From Bacteroidia bacterium (GTDB lineage: Bacteria; Bacteroidota; Bacteroidia; UKL13-3): a stretch of DNA of 64,000 nucleotides. The stretch's first letter is position 1, and each line of letters begins with the position of its first letter. The notes under the pieces are model-generated. The model was not told the DNA's origin. It did no database searches and saw only the letters and a program-made list of their open reading frames with translations. Positions 17,944-26,503 of the stretch are shown here, piece after piece. Where the stretch lies: assembly GCA_044370475.1 (NCBI GenBank), contig JBILVK010000001.1, forward strand, positions 53,969 through 117,968, in the 5' to 3' direction. Position numbers and translations under genes: made by a program.

Positions 17944-17981
17944 AAAAAAAGGGGCAGCCATTTTCATGACTGCCCCTTTTT
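17944..17981 (-). terminator. intrinsic terminator of giant T9SS gene
   Basis: A7-GGGGCAG...CTGCCCC-T5 hairpin 18 nt past the stop. Confidence 0.85.
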
Positions 17982-17999
17982 AATTAAAGAACCTTTGGA

Positions 18000-20900
18000 T
18001 TATTTACCAACCTTTACCAATTTCTCTTGGTATGACTGGCCACCGATGTTCACTTTTACAAAATAAACTCCATCCTTCAATTCATCTAAACCGCTCATTT
18101 CAAATGCGCCAAAACCTTTGTCTAGATTCAATGAAATAGATTTTACAACTCTTCCTTGAATATCAATTAGAGTAGCTGTACCAGTTAATTCAGTTGCATT
18201 ACGTAACTCAATTGAAACTGATTCTTTAAATGGATTAGGATATACTTTCACCTCATTAGCAGCATCAACATTGTTGCGAACAACCACTGTTGAACTGTAC
18301 TCAAACTTACCGTCGAAGTCAACTTGCTTCAAGCGATAGTAAGCAACTGGCGTAGAAGCTAAAATACCAGCATCAACAAATGCATAATTTAACTTGCCAT
18401 TGTATGTACCAGCACCTTTAACAAATCCAACGTTTTCAAATGTTACTCCGTCCAATGAACGTTCAACTTCGAAACCTTTGTTATTTATCTCTTGAGCAGT
18501 AACCCATACTAAGTCAACATTATCACCATTGGCAAAACCAGTAAAGCTTAACCAGCTTACAGGCAATGTTGTTGAACTTCCAGTAGCAGCAGCAGCAAAC
18601 ATATTATGCATGTACTTACCATTATACTCATAAACATCAAATGCATATTGAGTAGCAGCAGCAAGTCCAGTAATAACCACTGAAGATCCTGTTCCATTGT
18701 ACACCACAAAGTTACCTGTTCCTGTAGTAGTTGTACCACCGAATGCGGCACTAGCATTATACAAGGTATTATTTGAAGGAGCAACAGGAGTAGTAGCATT
18801 TAACCTAGCAACAACTATTCTAGCATTACCGTTACCTGAAGTCCAGCTAACGTTCATAGTAGTAGTAGCATTACTTGTGGCTGAAACTGAAGAAGAAGCA
18901 ACTGTTGGAGCAACAATATTTACAACTTCGATATCATCTAATGCCCAACCTTCGTCGTTTACATAAGTATCAGCAATAAAACGGAAACGTACACGAACAT
19001 TTGTTTGTCCAGCAGCTCCAGCTAATCTGAATGCACTTTGAATCCATCCACTATCTTGGCTAGAATAAACTGAACCAGAACCGATATCATTAGAGAAATA
19101 AGGAGGTGCCAATACACCACCACTTGCGAGGTAGCTTACATTGTCATTATACCAAGCATGACTAATTGGAGTATTGTAGTTTGTACCAGTACCAACAGCG
19201 CTATCCACACGTCTCCAATATCCATTATTTATAGACATTTCTACGATTAAACCATCCCAATCTGTTTCAGATTTAAACTTATGGTTAAATCTTACAACTG
19301 GATCGTTGGTTACACCTGTGAAGTTAAATTGTGGTGAAACAACAGACGCATCATGGTCAATATCGTAAGTACCAGTTAATTTAGTAACCCAAGCTTTTGT
19401 ACCACTGCGCGCACCATTTAAATAAGTTTTTGCAGGAGTTCCAAGAACCCAGTTATTATTAGTAGCAAAACCTACAATCCAGTTTACAGCAGAACTAGAA
19501 GAAGTTAACATACTTGTCCAACCAGCAGCACCCGATTCAAAATTCTGTGAATAAGGCAATGAGCTAATAATTGGTGCAGTTGTGAAACTATCTTGAACAC
19601 TGTAACCAGTACCTACAGAATTGATAGCATAAGCTCTGTAATAGTATTTAGTTGAATGTGTTAAACCAGCGATATTGAAGTTAAAGTTACCTGTTGGAAC
19701 TGCAACTACAGAAGCAGAATCAACAACACCTGTTCCAAATCTAACCGGATTAGCAGTTGTAGAATAAACAACACCTGTTCCAGTAATAGTAACAAAACCG
19801 TTGAAGGTAACGCTTCCACCTATGGTTGCTGTTGTTGTAGCTAAATTGGTAGCAGCAGTAGTAATCAACGTAGGAACCACTGGATTAGAGATAAGAACAT
19901 TTCCAGTAGGGTTACCAGCAATTGGAGTTCTGAAAGCTCCAAATACTTCTATACTATCAAATCTTGCATCCACCACGTTTGAAGAAGTAGCAGTTGAAGA
20001 GATATCGTAAGCTAACCAATAGTTGTTGGTATCATTAGTTGCTGTATCAGCAATAATAAATTCCATTAAACCACTAGGCGAAGGCAATGAACCTAGCAAA
20101 TTAGCTGTGCTAAAGTTAGCTGAAGCACCAGTTTTATATAATTTGGCAGAAGTAATATTACCTACTGCAGTTGTACCTGCAGTGTTAAATCTTACATTAG
20201 TTATTAAACCAGGGTTACAAGAAGAAACTGCAACTTTAACCGGTACACGCAATACTGGAACATTGTTAGTACCAGACATTACTATACCTGTATTTTGAAT
20301 AGCAGTAGTATTTGCAAAAGAAGGTGAACCATTAACAATATTCACTGCATAATCTTCTGTCTCACCGTATCCGTATGTTCCACATGAACTAATAGGAGTA
20401 ACAGTAGTTTCAATTAATACAACACGCATACGAGTAATACCTGGAGTGGCAGTACAAGGAATACTTAAATTACCTGTGATAAACACATTTAATCCATAAG
20501 CAAAAGATGATGGCGACATGTATTGAGTTTCACCGGCATCTGTAAAGTCACCGTCTTGGTTCAAGTCAATCCAAATACCTAAAACACCTTGGTAACTACC
20601 ACCACAAGTAGAAGTTGCTACTGAGAATGGAAGCGGCATACCAGCAACTAAAGTTGCAGCAGGTAAGGTTTCTGTAAAGTTTGAATACTGACTTAAAGTA
20701 GAACCGGCACCACCAGTAGTAGTACAAGATGAAGTATTATTTAATGTACCAACTGTAACGTTCCAAATTTCTCCATCAGCAGTTGTGGTTGCATTAGATG
20801 CACAATATGGATTGCGAATTCTTCTGCTTCCTGCAGGTGCAGTTACCGAAGGAGTTTGAGGCGTTCCTCCAAATTCTAAACTAGTTACTTCCACATCAAC

Positions 20901-23900
20901 TGAATCCAATGTGATTGCACCTGGCTTCAAATCAAAAGTAACCCAGAAGTAGTTGGTATCGTTGCCCAATGGCTGAGTTCCAGTAATCTGGAATGCAGGC
21001 CATGCCAAAGTGCTTGGAGCAACTGGAGAATAAGTAGAACCAAATTGAGTAGTTGCACTGAACACAGGGTTATTACCTGTATAGAAAACCTTAGCATTTG
21101 CAAGGTTCAATGTATCATTTCCTGAACCACCATTTGTATTCAATGAGAACGAGGTTAGCGATACTGGAGCACCAGAAGAACTTGTGTTAACCTGAATTCT
21201 TAACATTCTGTTGTTGGTTGAGTTTGGCTGTATTGCAGACAAATCAGTATGAACAGATGTAGAAGAAACATAAGTCATTGGTGTAGAAATTAATCTATTA
21301 CCAGTTGGATTTCCATTGATTGGCAATCTAAATGTACCAAACACCTCAGAGCTATCGAAACGAGCATCTAACACATTGTTATTAGCAGATGAAGATGATA
21401 CATCATAAGCTAACCAATAATTGTTTGTATCATTATTAACAGTATCTGTAACAATAAATTCCATTACTCCACTTGGTGAAGCTAAGGTTCCAATTAAATT
21501 GGCAGTACTAAAGGTACCAGAAGCACCTGTTTTGTACAACTTAGCAGAAACGATATTACTTACTGAAGTTGTACCAGCAGTGTTAAATCTAAAGTTAGTG
21601 ATAACAGCAGGGTTACATGGTGAAGCAGATACTTTCACAGGTACACGTAATATTGGAACATCTAAAGCACCTGCAGAAGTAGAACCAGTAATTTGTATAG
21701 CTGTAGCATTTGTAAATGTTGCAGCACCGTTAACGATATTCACTAAATAATCTTCAGTTTCACCATATCCGTAAGTTCCGCATGATGCAATTGGCGATAC
21801 AGTGGTTTCAATTTGAGTTACACGCATACGTGTTTGTCCTAACATGGCAGTACAAGGAATAGTAATGAAACCTGTTCTGAACATGGTGGTAGCATATAAG
21901 AAGCTTGGCGACATATGTACAGTTTCACCTGCATCTAAAAAGTCACCATCTTGATTTAAATCTATCCAAATACCCAAAACACCATTGTATTGTCCACCAC
22001 ATGTTGAAGTGTTAACAGAGAATGGAATTGGCACACCCGCAACTAAACTAGGAGCAGCTACAGTTGCGGTATAATTAGAATACTGACTTAATGTTGATCC
22101 AGGACCACCTGTAGTTAAACATGTTGAAGTATTATTTAATGATCCAACTGTTACATTCCAAATTTCACCATCTGCAGTTGTAGTAGCAGCACTTACACAA
22201 TATTCTGCCCTGATTTTTCTATAACCAGCAGGAGCAGTAATAGTTGGAGTTTGAGGTGAACCAGAAACAGTGATTGAAGTAACTTCAGCATCAATTGAAT
22301 CTCCAATTACAGCATTTGACTTAATATCATAAGTTAACCAGAAATAATTGGTTCCGTTATTTAATTGCTGACTTCCAGAAATAACATAAGCTGGCCATAC
22401 AGCCGCAGTTGGTGCAGTTACAGAATAAGTACCAAACAAATTAGCTGCGCTAAAAGTTGCACTACTTCCTGTGTAGTAAATTTTTGCATTTGCAATATTT
22501 AAGGTGTCATTACCACCACCAACTGTATTCAAGTTGAATGAAGTGGCAGCAATTGGTGAACCAACAGTAGAAGTATTAACAGCAATTCTTAACATTGTTA
22601 CATTTGTATTGCCCAAAGCAACAGTACTCAAAGAAGGATGCTCAGAAGTTGAACTCAAGTAAGTCATAGGAGCAGCTACCACTAAAGAACCTGTTGGGTT
22701 ATTATTGGTAGGAATTCTATTTGCACCAAGCACATTGATACTATCGATACGAGCATCTAATAAATTGTTATTGGTAGCACCTGAAGCTACGTCATAAGCT
22801 AACCAATAGTTTACTGTATCTCCCAAATCTCTGTTGATGGTATCTGAAACTGTAAAGGCAAATGCACCTGAAGGTGATGTTACTGTTCCAACCAATTTAA
22901 TTGTATTAAAGGATGATCCAACACCTGTGCTATATAATTTAGCAGAAGCAATATCACCACTTGCATTTGTACTACCAGCAGTGTTAAAGTAAACATTGGT
23001 TGTATAACCAGTACCACAACCTTGAAGTACCACAGGTATTCTTAATACAGGGAAGTTTGTTGCACCTGGTGCAACTTGGCCCGTCATTTGAATAGCACTA
23101 GATGATGCATAAGAAATTGGAGTGGTATTTTCATAAGCTCCAACCTTAGGTGGATTTAACCTAGTTACATTGGTGATGTCTGTAGGAACAGACGACAATA
23201 AATCAACACCATTAAAACAGGTAGTTACTGCCACGTTAGAAGTAGCATTTATAAACCTTGGATCAGCGAAGTAAGATGAATCACCACCAGCTGCAACTGT
23301 TTTGAAGTTGGCAGAAGTAAATGCTGAACCTCTATATAAGGTAGCTGTACCAGCAGCATTCCAATACAAATTGTAATTTACAGCATTTGAAACTGTTGAT
23401 GGACCTTGATATAAATAAAGTGGTGTTTGTGTACCAGAAGTTGCGGTACAAGCAAAAATGTTATTCTTTACAATTGAGTTAGTTGGCAAATATCCAACCA
23501 TGGCGCCATAAGTTGGTCCAGATTGAGCAACATCTAAAACAAATGTATTATGCATTACTCTTGCACTTGATGCAGTAGTAGCATAAAGATACAAACCATA
23601 GGTATATTGATAATTTTGTCTGTAAGTAGCATTGTTAAAAATGTCTATCGGACCAACCGAAGAGAAATTATAACAATAAATACCTGAATAGGCAGCACCA
23701 TCTGTTTTATTTCCTGAAATGGTTGTTAACTGACCTGCTGAGCTATTGTTACCATACAAATACATACCATATCCCATAGTTGAGGCTACCGGGAAGGTAA
23801 TTGAATTGGCTATTAAATCCATGCTAGCATAATTGTACTGCATAGAAATACCCATGTAATAGTTATTATTAAGTGTATTATACCTAACCAAAAGTCCTCT

Positions 23901-26273
23901 GTTAGCAGAAGAATTCGAAGCTCCATAAACACTGATACCATAATAAGCATTGCTAATTACATTGCTATCTATGGTTACTGAGTCAGTTCTACAAGCAGAT
24001 TGGCCATGGCCACCAGCAGTTGCAGTTACTGAAATACCATAAGAAGTGGTTTGAATTGCAGCTAAATTTAAAATACATTTTGTTACTGCACATCCAGTAC
24101 CTGCATTATTTGTAGTATTACCTACAATACCCACTACAGTTGCACCACTTGCAGTATTTGTGATCGTTAAATTTCTTAACTTCACAAAGTTGGCCTGATT
24201 GATTACAAATGCACCTTGAGCAGCAATATTTGCAGTCAAAGTTCTTGTAGCAGCAGTATCACCATCAAAAGTAATTGTATTAATTGCTGAAGCTCCAGCA
24301 ATTGGTCCGTTAATAATAACCTGACCTAAGTATGCTCCAGGTAAAACTTGGAATCTAACTGGACCGCCCACACCATTTGCCAAATCAGCTGATGCTGCTT
24401 GGAAAGTAGGATAGGTTCCACCAGTACCAATGGTATAATTTCCACTCAATGGTGATTTTAATGTTACATTGATGGTATCATTTGTTGGGTCAGCATCGGT
24501 AGATGCATTAGGATCTGAAGTATAAACTTTAATTACATTTAAACTACCTAAAGTGATTTGGTTTGTACCCGTGAAAGTCATTACAGTATCTGTACATGGT
24601 GCCAAAGAACCGCTATAGGCTAAAGTAACTGGTGTTCCATTATTTAATCTGTAAGAAACGTTAAATGAAGTTAAGGTGTTAGAACCTGAGTTCTTAACGC
24701 GTACTGATAAGTCTTGCGCACCTGCAGTAATAGGCATAACAGGAGAAACCAATGCCACTGCCATTAAGTTGTTGCTTAAACTAGACGACTCATCTGCTCC
24801 AATTAAAGGCTCAGTAGTTGATCTGGTTTGGCCATCTATATCTGTTGGAACCATAAAGCTTCCCAACGCAGAACCTCTTTTGTTACATGCATCTAATAAG
24901 TGTCCATCATTAAGTGTACTTGTAAAGCTTGGCATATCTATAAAAGATGAGTCTCCACCAGCAGTTGCTGTATTAAAGTTAGTTGCTGTATATGCAGCAC
25001 CTCTATATAATTTGTTTGCAGCACTTGCACCAACACTATAATAAACATTACAATTTACTGCTTGTCCACCAGAAGGATTTACTGGATTAGCTGCGAAGTA
25101 AGCTGGATAATAACCTGCGTTAGTTGTACCTAATGCAAAAATATTATTTGTACAGCTAATTAAGTTACCAGCATTGTTACCAGTTACATATAAACAATAT
25201 CCATAAGTTGAACTTAATGATTTAACAGTATTGTGATGAATTCTATGGTTAGCTGCATAAGTAGCACTTGAAGTTAAATATATACCATAGTTATAAACTC
25301 CTGCTCTTCCCACAACCACATTGTTGTATATTTGAGTTGGATTTGCAGCCCCTGAATTTATATTGGTAAAATATATACCATAAGCTGAATTATACACTCT
25401 ATTATTTACAATTCTATGTGGATTGTTACCGGTAAAATGGTTATACCAATTTACACCAAAAATTCCATAAAATGCGGTAGCACTTACATTAACAATGTTA
25501 TCTGTTAATTCAACACCATTCTGCATATAGTATAAATACATACCATAATATTTGCTATCATTTAATACGTTGCCTCTAATTTTGATTTCACGTCCATATA
25601 AATTAGAAATAGCAGTTGGGGCATATAAGTAAATACCATAATAAGCACCTATTACTAAGTTACTATCAATACTAATAGAATCTGCTCTTACCTGCCCATT
25701 AGTTCCATAACCAGTTGTAGAGGTGGTGGTCTGAATACCCATAGAGAGATAAGAATTACTTGAGTTTGGCAAGCTAACCTTACAACCTTTTACAGAATTA
25801 CCTGTTCCAGTGTTACTTGTAGTTGCACCAACAATACCAATACCAGAACCACTTGCTGTACTAATATTATTTACAACAGAAATGTTCCTTAAAGTTACAT
25901 ACTTACATTGGTTTAATGCAATAATAGCTCCATTAGATACGGTTCCTGTGAAAATAACTGAATCGCGGTTGGCAGAAGTAAATACCAAAGGATTACTGAT
26001 GTCTACACCTGCATAGTTTCCAATTGCAATTGTAGCGGTTACAGTGTAAGTTCCTGGCAAAATAGTCATAGTAACTGGACCACTTACTCCATTTAAACTT
26101 AAATCTGATAGGGCGGCAGCCATGGTGGCATAAGTACCACCCGTTCCAATGGTATAGGAACCATTGAGTGGTTGGGCTATCAATTTCCCGAAGGAAAACA
26201 ATGAAAGCACCAACGCAAACAGCATCGCTTTTTTGCGAAAGACTGATCTTGTTTTAGTAATTGTTTTAATCAT
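18000..26273 (-). CDS. giant T9SS-secreted multidomain surface protein (2 beta-helix modules, CARDB-like, 5 BNR_assoc_N-like, 2 GEVED, FN3-like, MAM-like, type A CTD)
   Basis: Signal peptide; duplicated PL.G.YTIGTGGTY; NY(F)WL.YD repeats; two YGETEDY.VNI; LPVSWLSF...YYRLKQVDFDG; VYPNPF...GVYFVK C-terminus. Confidence 0.9.
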   Translation of the reverse strand: MIKTITKTRSVFRKKAMLFALVLSLFSFGKLIAQPLNGSYTIGTGGTYATMAAALSDLSLNGVSGPVTMTILPGTYTVTATIAIGNYAGVDISNPLVFTSANRDSVIFTGTVSNGAIIALNQCKYVTLRNISVVNNISTASGSGIGIVGATTSNTGTGNSVKGCKVSLPNSSNSYLSMGIQTTTSTTGYGTNGQVRADSISIDSNLVIGAYYGIYLYAPTAISNLYGREIKIRGNVLNDSKYYGMYLYYMQNGVELTDNIVNVSATAFYGIFGVNWYNHFTGNNPHRIVNNRVYNSAYGIYFTNINSGAANPTQIYNNVVVGRAGVYNYGIYLTSSATYAANHRIHHNTVKSLSSTYGYCLYVTGNNAGNLISCTNNIFALGTTNAGYYPAYFAANPVNPSGGQAVNCNVYYSVGASAANKLYRGAAYTATNFNTATAGGDSSFIDMPSFTSTLNDGHLLDACNKRGSALGSFMVPTDIDGQTRSTTEPLIGADESSSLSNNLMAVALVSPVMPITAGAQDLSVRVKNSGSNTLTSFNVSYRLNNGTPVTLAYSGSLAPCTDTVMTFTGTNQITLGSLNVIKVYTSDPNASTDADPTNDTINVTLKSPLSGNYTIGTGGTYPTFQAASADLANGVGGPVRFQVLPGAYLGQVIINGPIAGASAINTITFDGDTAATRTLTANIAAQGAFVINQANFVKLRNLTITNTASGATVVGIVGNTTNNAGTGCAVTKCILNLAAIQTTSYGISVTATAGGHGQSACRTDSVTIDSNVISNAYYGISVYGASNSSANRGLLVRYNTLNNNYYMGISMQYNYASMDLIANSITFPVASTMGYGMYLYGNNSSAGQLTTISGNKTDGAAYSGIYCYNFSSVGPIDIFNNATYRQNYQYTYGLYLYATTASSARVMHNTFVLDVAQSGPTYGAMVGYLPTNSIVKNNIFACTATSGTQTPLYLYQGPSTVSNAVNYNLYWNAAGTATLYRGSAFTSANFKTVAAGGDSSYFADPRFINATSNVAVTTCFNGVDLLSSVPTDITNVTRLNPPKVGAYENTTPISYASSSAIQMTGQVAPGATNFPVLRIPVVLQGCGTGYTTNVYFNTAGSTNASGDIASAKLYSTGVGSSFNTIKLVGTVTSPSGAFAFTVSDTINRDLGDTVNYWLAYDVASGATNNNLLDARIDSINVLGANRIPTNNNPTGSLVVAAPMTYLSSTSEHPSLSTVALGNTNVTMLRIAVNTSTVGSPIAATSFNLNTVGGGNDTLNIANAKIYYTGSSATFSAANLFGTYSVTAPTAAVWPAYVISGSQQLNNGTNYFWLTYDIKSNAVIGDSIDAEVTSITVSGSPQTPTITAPAGYRKIRAEYCVSAATTTADGEIWNVTVGSLNNTSTCLTTGGPGSTLSQYSNYTATVAAPSLVAGVPIPFSVNTSTCGGQYNGVLGIWIDLNQDGDFLDAGETVHMSPSFLYATTMFRTGFITIPCTAMLGQTRMRVTQIETTVSPIASCGTYGYGETEDYLVNIVNGAATFTNATAIQITGSTSAGALDVPILRVPVKVSASPCNPAVITNFRFNTAGTTSVSNIVSAKLYKTGASGTFSTANLIGTLASPSGVMEFIVTDTVNNDTNNYWLAYDVSSSSANNNVLDARFDSSEVFGTFRLPINGNPTGNRLISTPMTYVSSTSVHTDLSAIQPNSTNNRMLRIQVNTSSSGAPVSLTSFSLNTNGGSGNDTLNLANAKVFYTGNNPVFSATTQFGSTYSPVAPSTLAWPAFQITGTQPLGNDTNYFWVTFDLKPGAITLDSVDVEVTSLEFGGTPQTPSVTAPAGSRRIRNPYCASNATTTADGEIWNVTVGTLNNTSSCTTTGGAGSTLSQYSNFTETLPAATLVAGMPLPFSVATSTCGGSYQGVLGIWIDLNQDGDFTDAGETQYMSPSSFAYGLNVFITGNLSIPCTATPGITRMRVVLIETTVTPISSCGTYGYGETEDYAVNIVNGSPSFANTTAIQNTGIVMSGTNNVPVLRVPVKVAVSSCNPGLITNVRFNTAGTTAVGNITSAKLYKTGASANFSTANLLGSLPSPSGLMEFIIADTATNDTNNYWLAYDISSTATSSNVVDARFDSIEVFGAFRTPIAGNPTGNVLISNPVVPTLITTAATNLATTTATIGGSVTFNGFVTITGTGVVYSTTANPVRFGTGVVDSASVVAVPTGNFNFNIAGLTHSTKYYYRAYAINSVGTGYSVQDSFTTAPIISSLPYSQNFESGAAGWTSMLTSSSSAVNWIVGFATNNNWVLGTPAKTYLNGARSGTKAWVTKLTGTYDIDHDASVVSPQFNFTGVTNDPVVRFNHKFKSETDWDGLIVEMSINNGYWRRVDSAVGTGTNYNTPISHAWYNDNVSYLASGGVLAPPYFSNDIGSGSVYSSQDSGWIQSAFRLAGAAGQTNVRVRFRFIADTYVNDEGWALDDIEVVNIVAPTVASSSVSATSNATTTMNVSWTSGNGNARIVVARLNATTPVAPSNNTLYNASAAFGGTTTTGTGNFVVYNGTGSSVVITGLAAATQYAFDVYEYNGKYMHNMFAAAATGSSTTLPVSWLSFTGFANGDNVDLVWVTAQEINNKGFEVERSLDGVTFENVGFVKGAGTYNGKLNYAFVDAGILASTPVAYYRLKQVDFDGKFEYSSTVVVRNNVDAANEVKVYPNPFKESVSIELRNATELTGTATLIDIQGRVVKSISLNLDKGFGAFEMSGLDELKDGVYFVKVNIGGQSYQEKLVKVGK
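19880..23118 (-). repeat. intragenic tandem duplication, about 1.4-kb period, of BNR_assoc_N-like x2 + GEVED
   Basis: GETED codons at about 21750 and 20352 (offset 1398); NYWLAYD codons at about 22800, 21410 and 20010; boundaries approximate. Confidence 0.8.
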
Positions 26274-26338
26274 AATTATTGGTTTGTGTTATCTCTTTAT
26301 TTTCTAATTTTATCTTAAAAAAAATCTGAACATCTAGG

Positions 26339-26353
26339 GCATAATTCGGGCCA
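26339..26353 (-). promoter_or_regulatory. candidate sigma54 promoter of giant T9SS gene
   Basis: Minus strand TGGCCCGAATTATGC (GG-N10-GC), 65 nt upstream of ATG. Confidence 0.4.
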
Positions 26354-26503
26354 TAAGATATAAAATAAAATCCAAGATTCAAGATAAATATTTTATTATA
26401 TATTATATGGAGTTGAAAATTAATTGTTTATACATCTATTCTTATACCCAAATTTTATCCAACTAACTGGATTTTAGTCCTCTTTTTGGCTAATTTACCC
26501 CAA

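Noticed and set aside
18557-26016. Several short ORFs overlapping the giant gene, including similar ones at 20023 and 21421
   Set aside because: Antisense or alternate-frame shadows of the biased, repeated coding sequence; their similarity only mirrors the intragenic duplication
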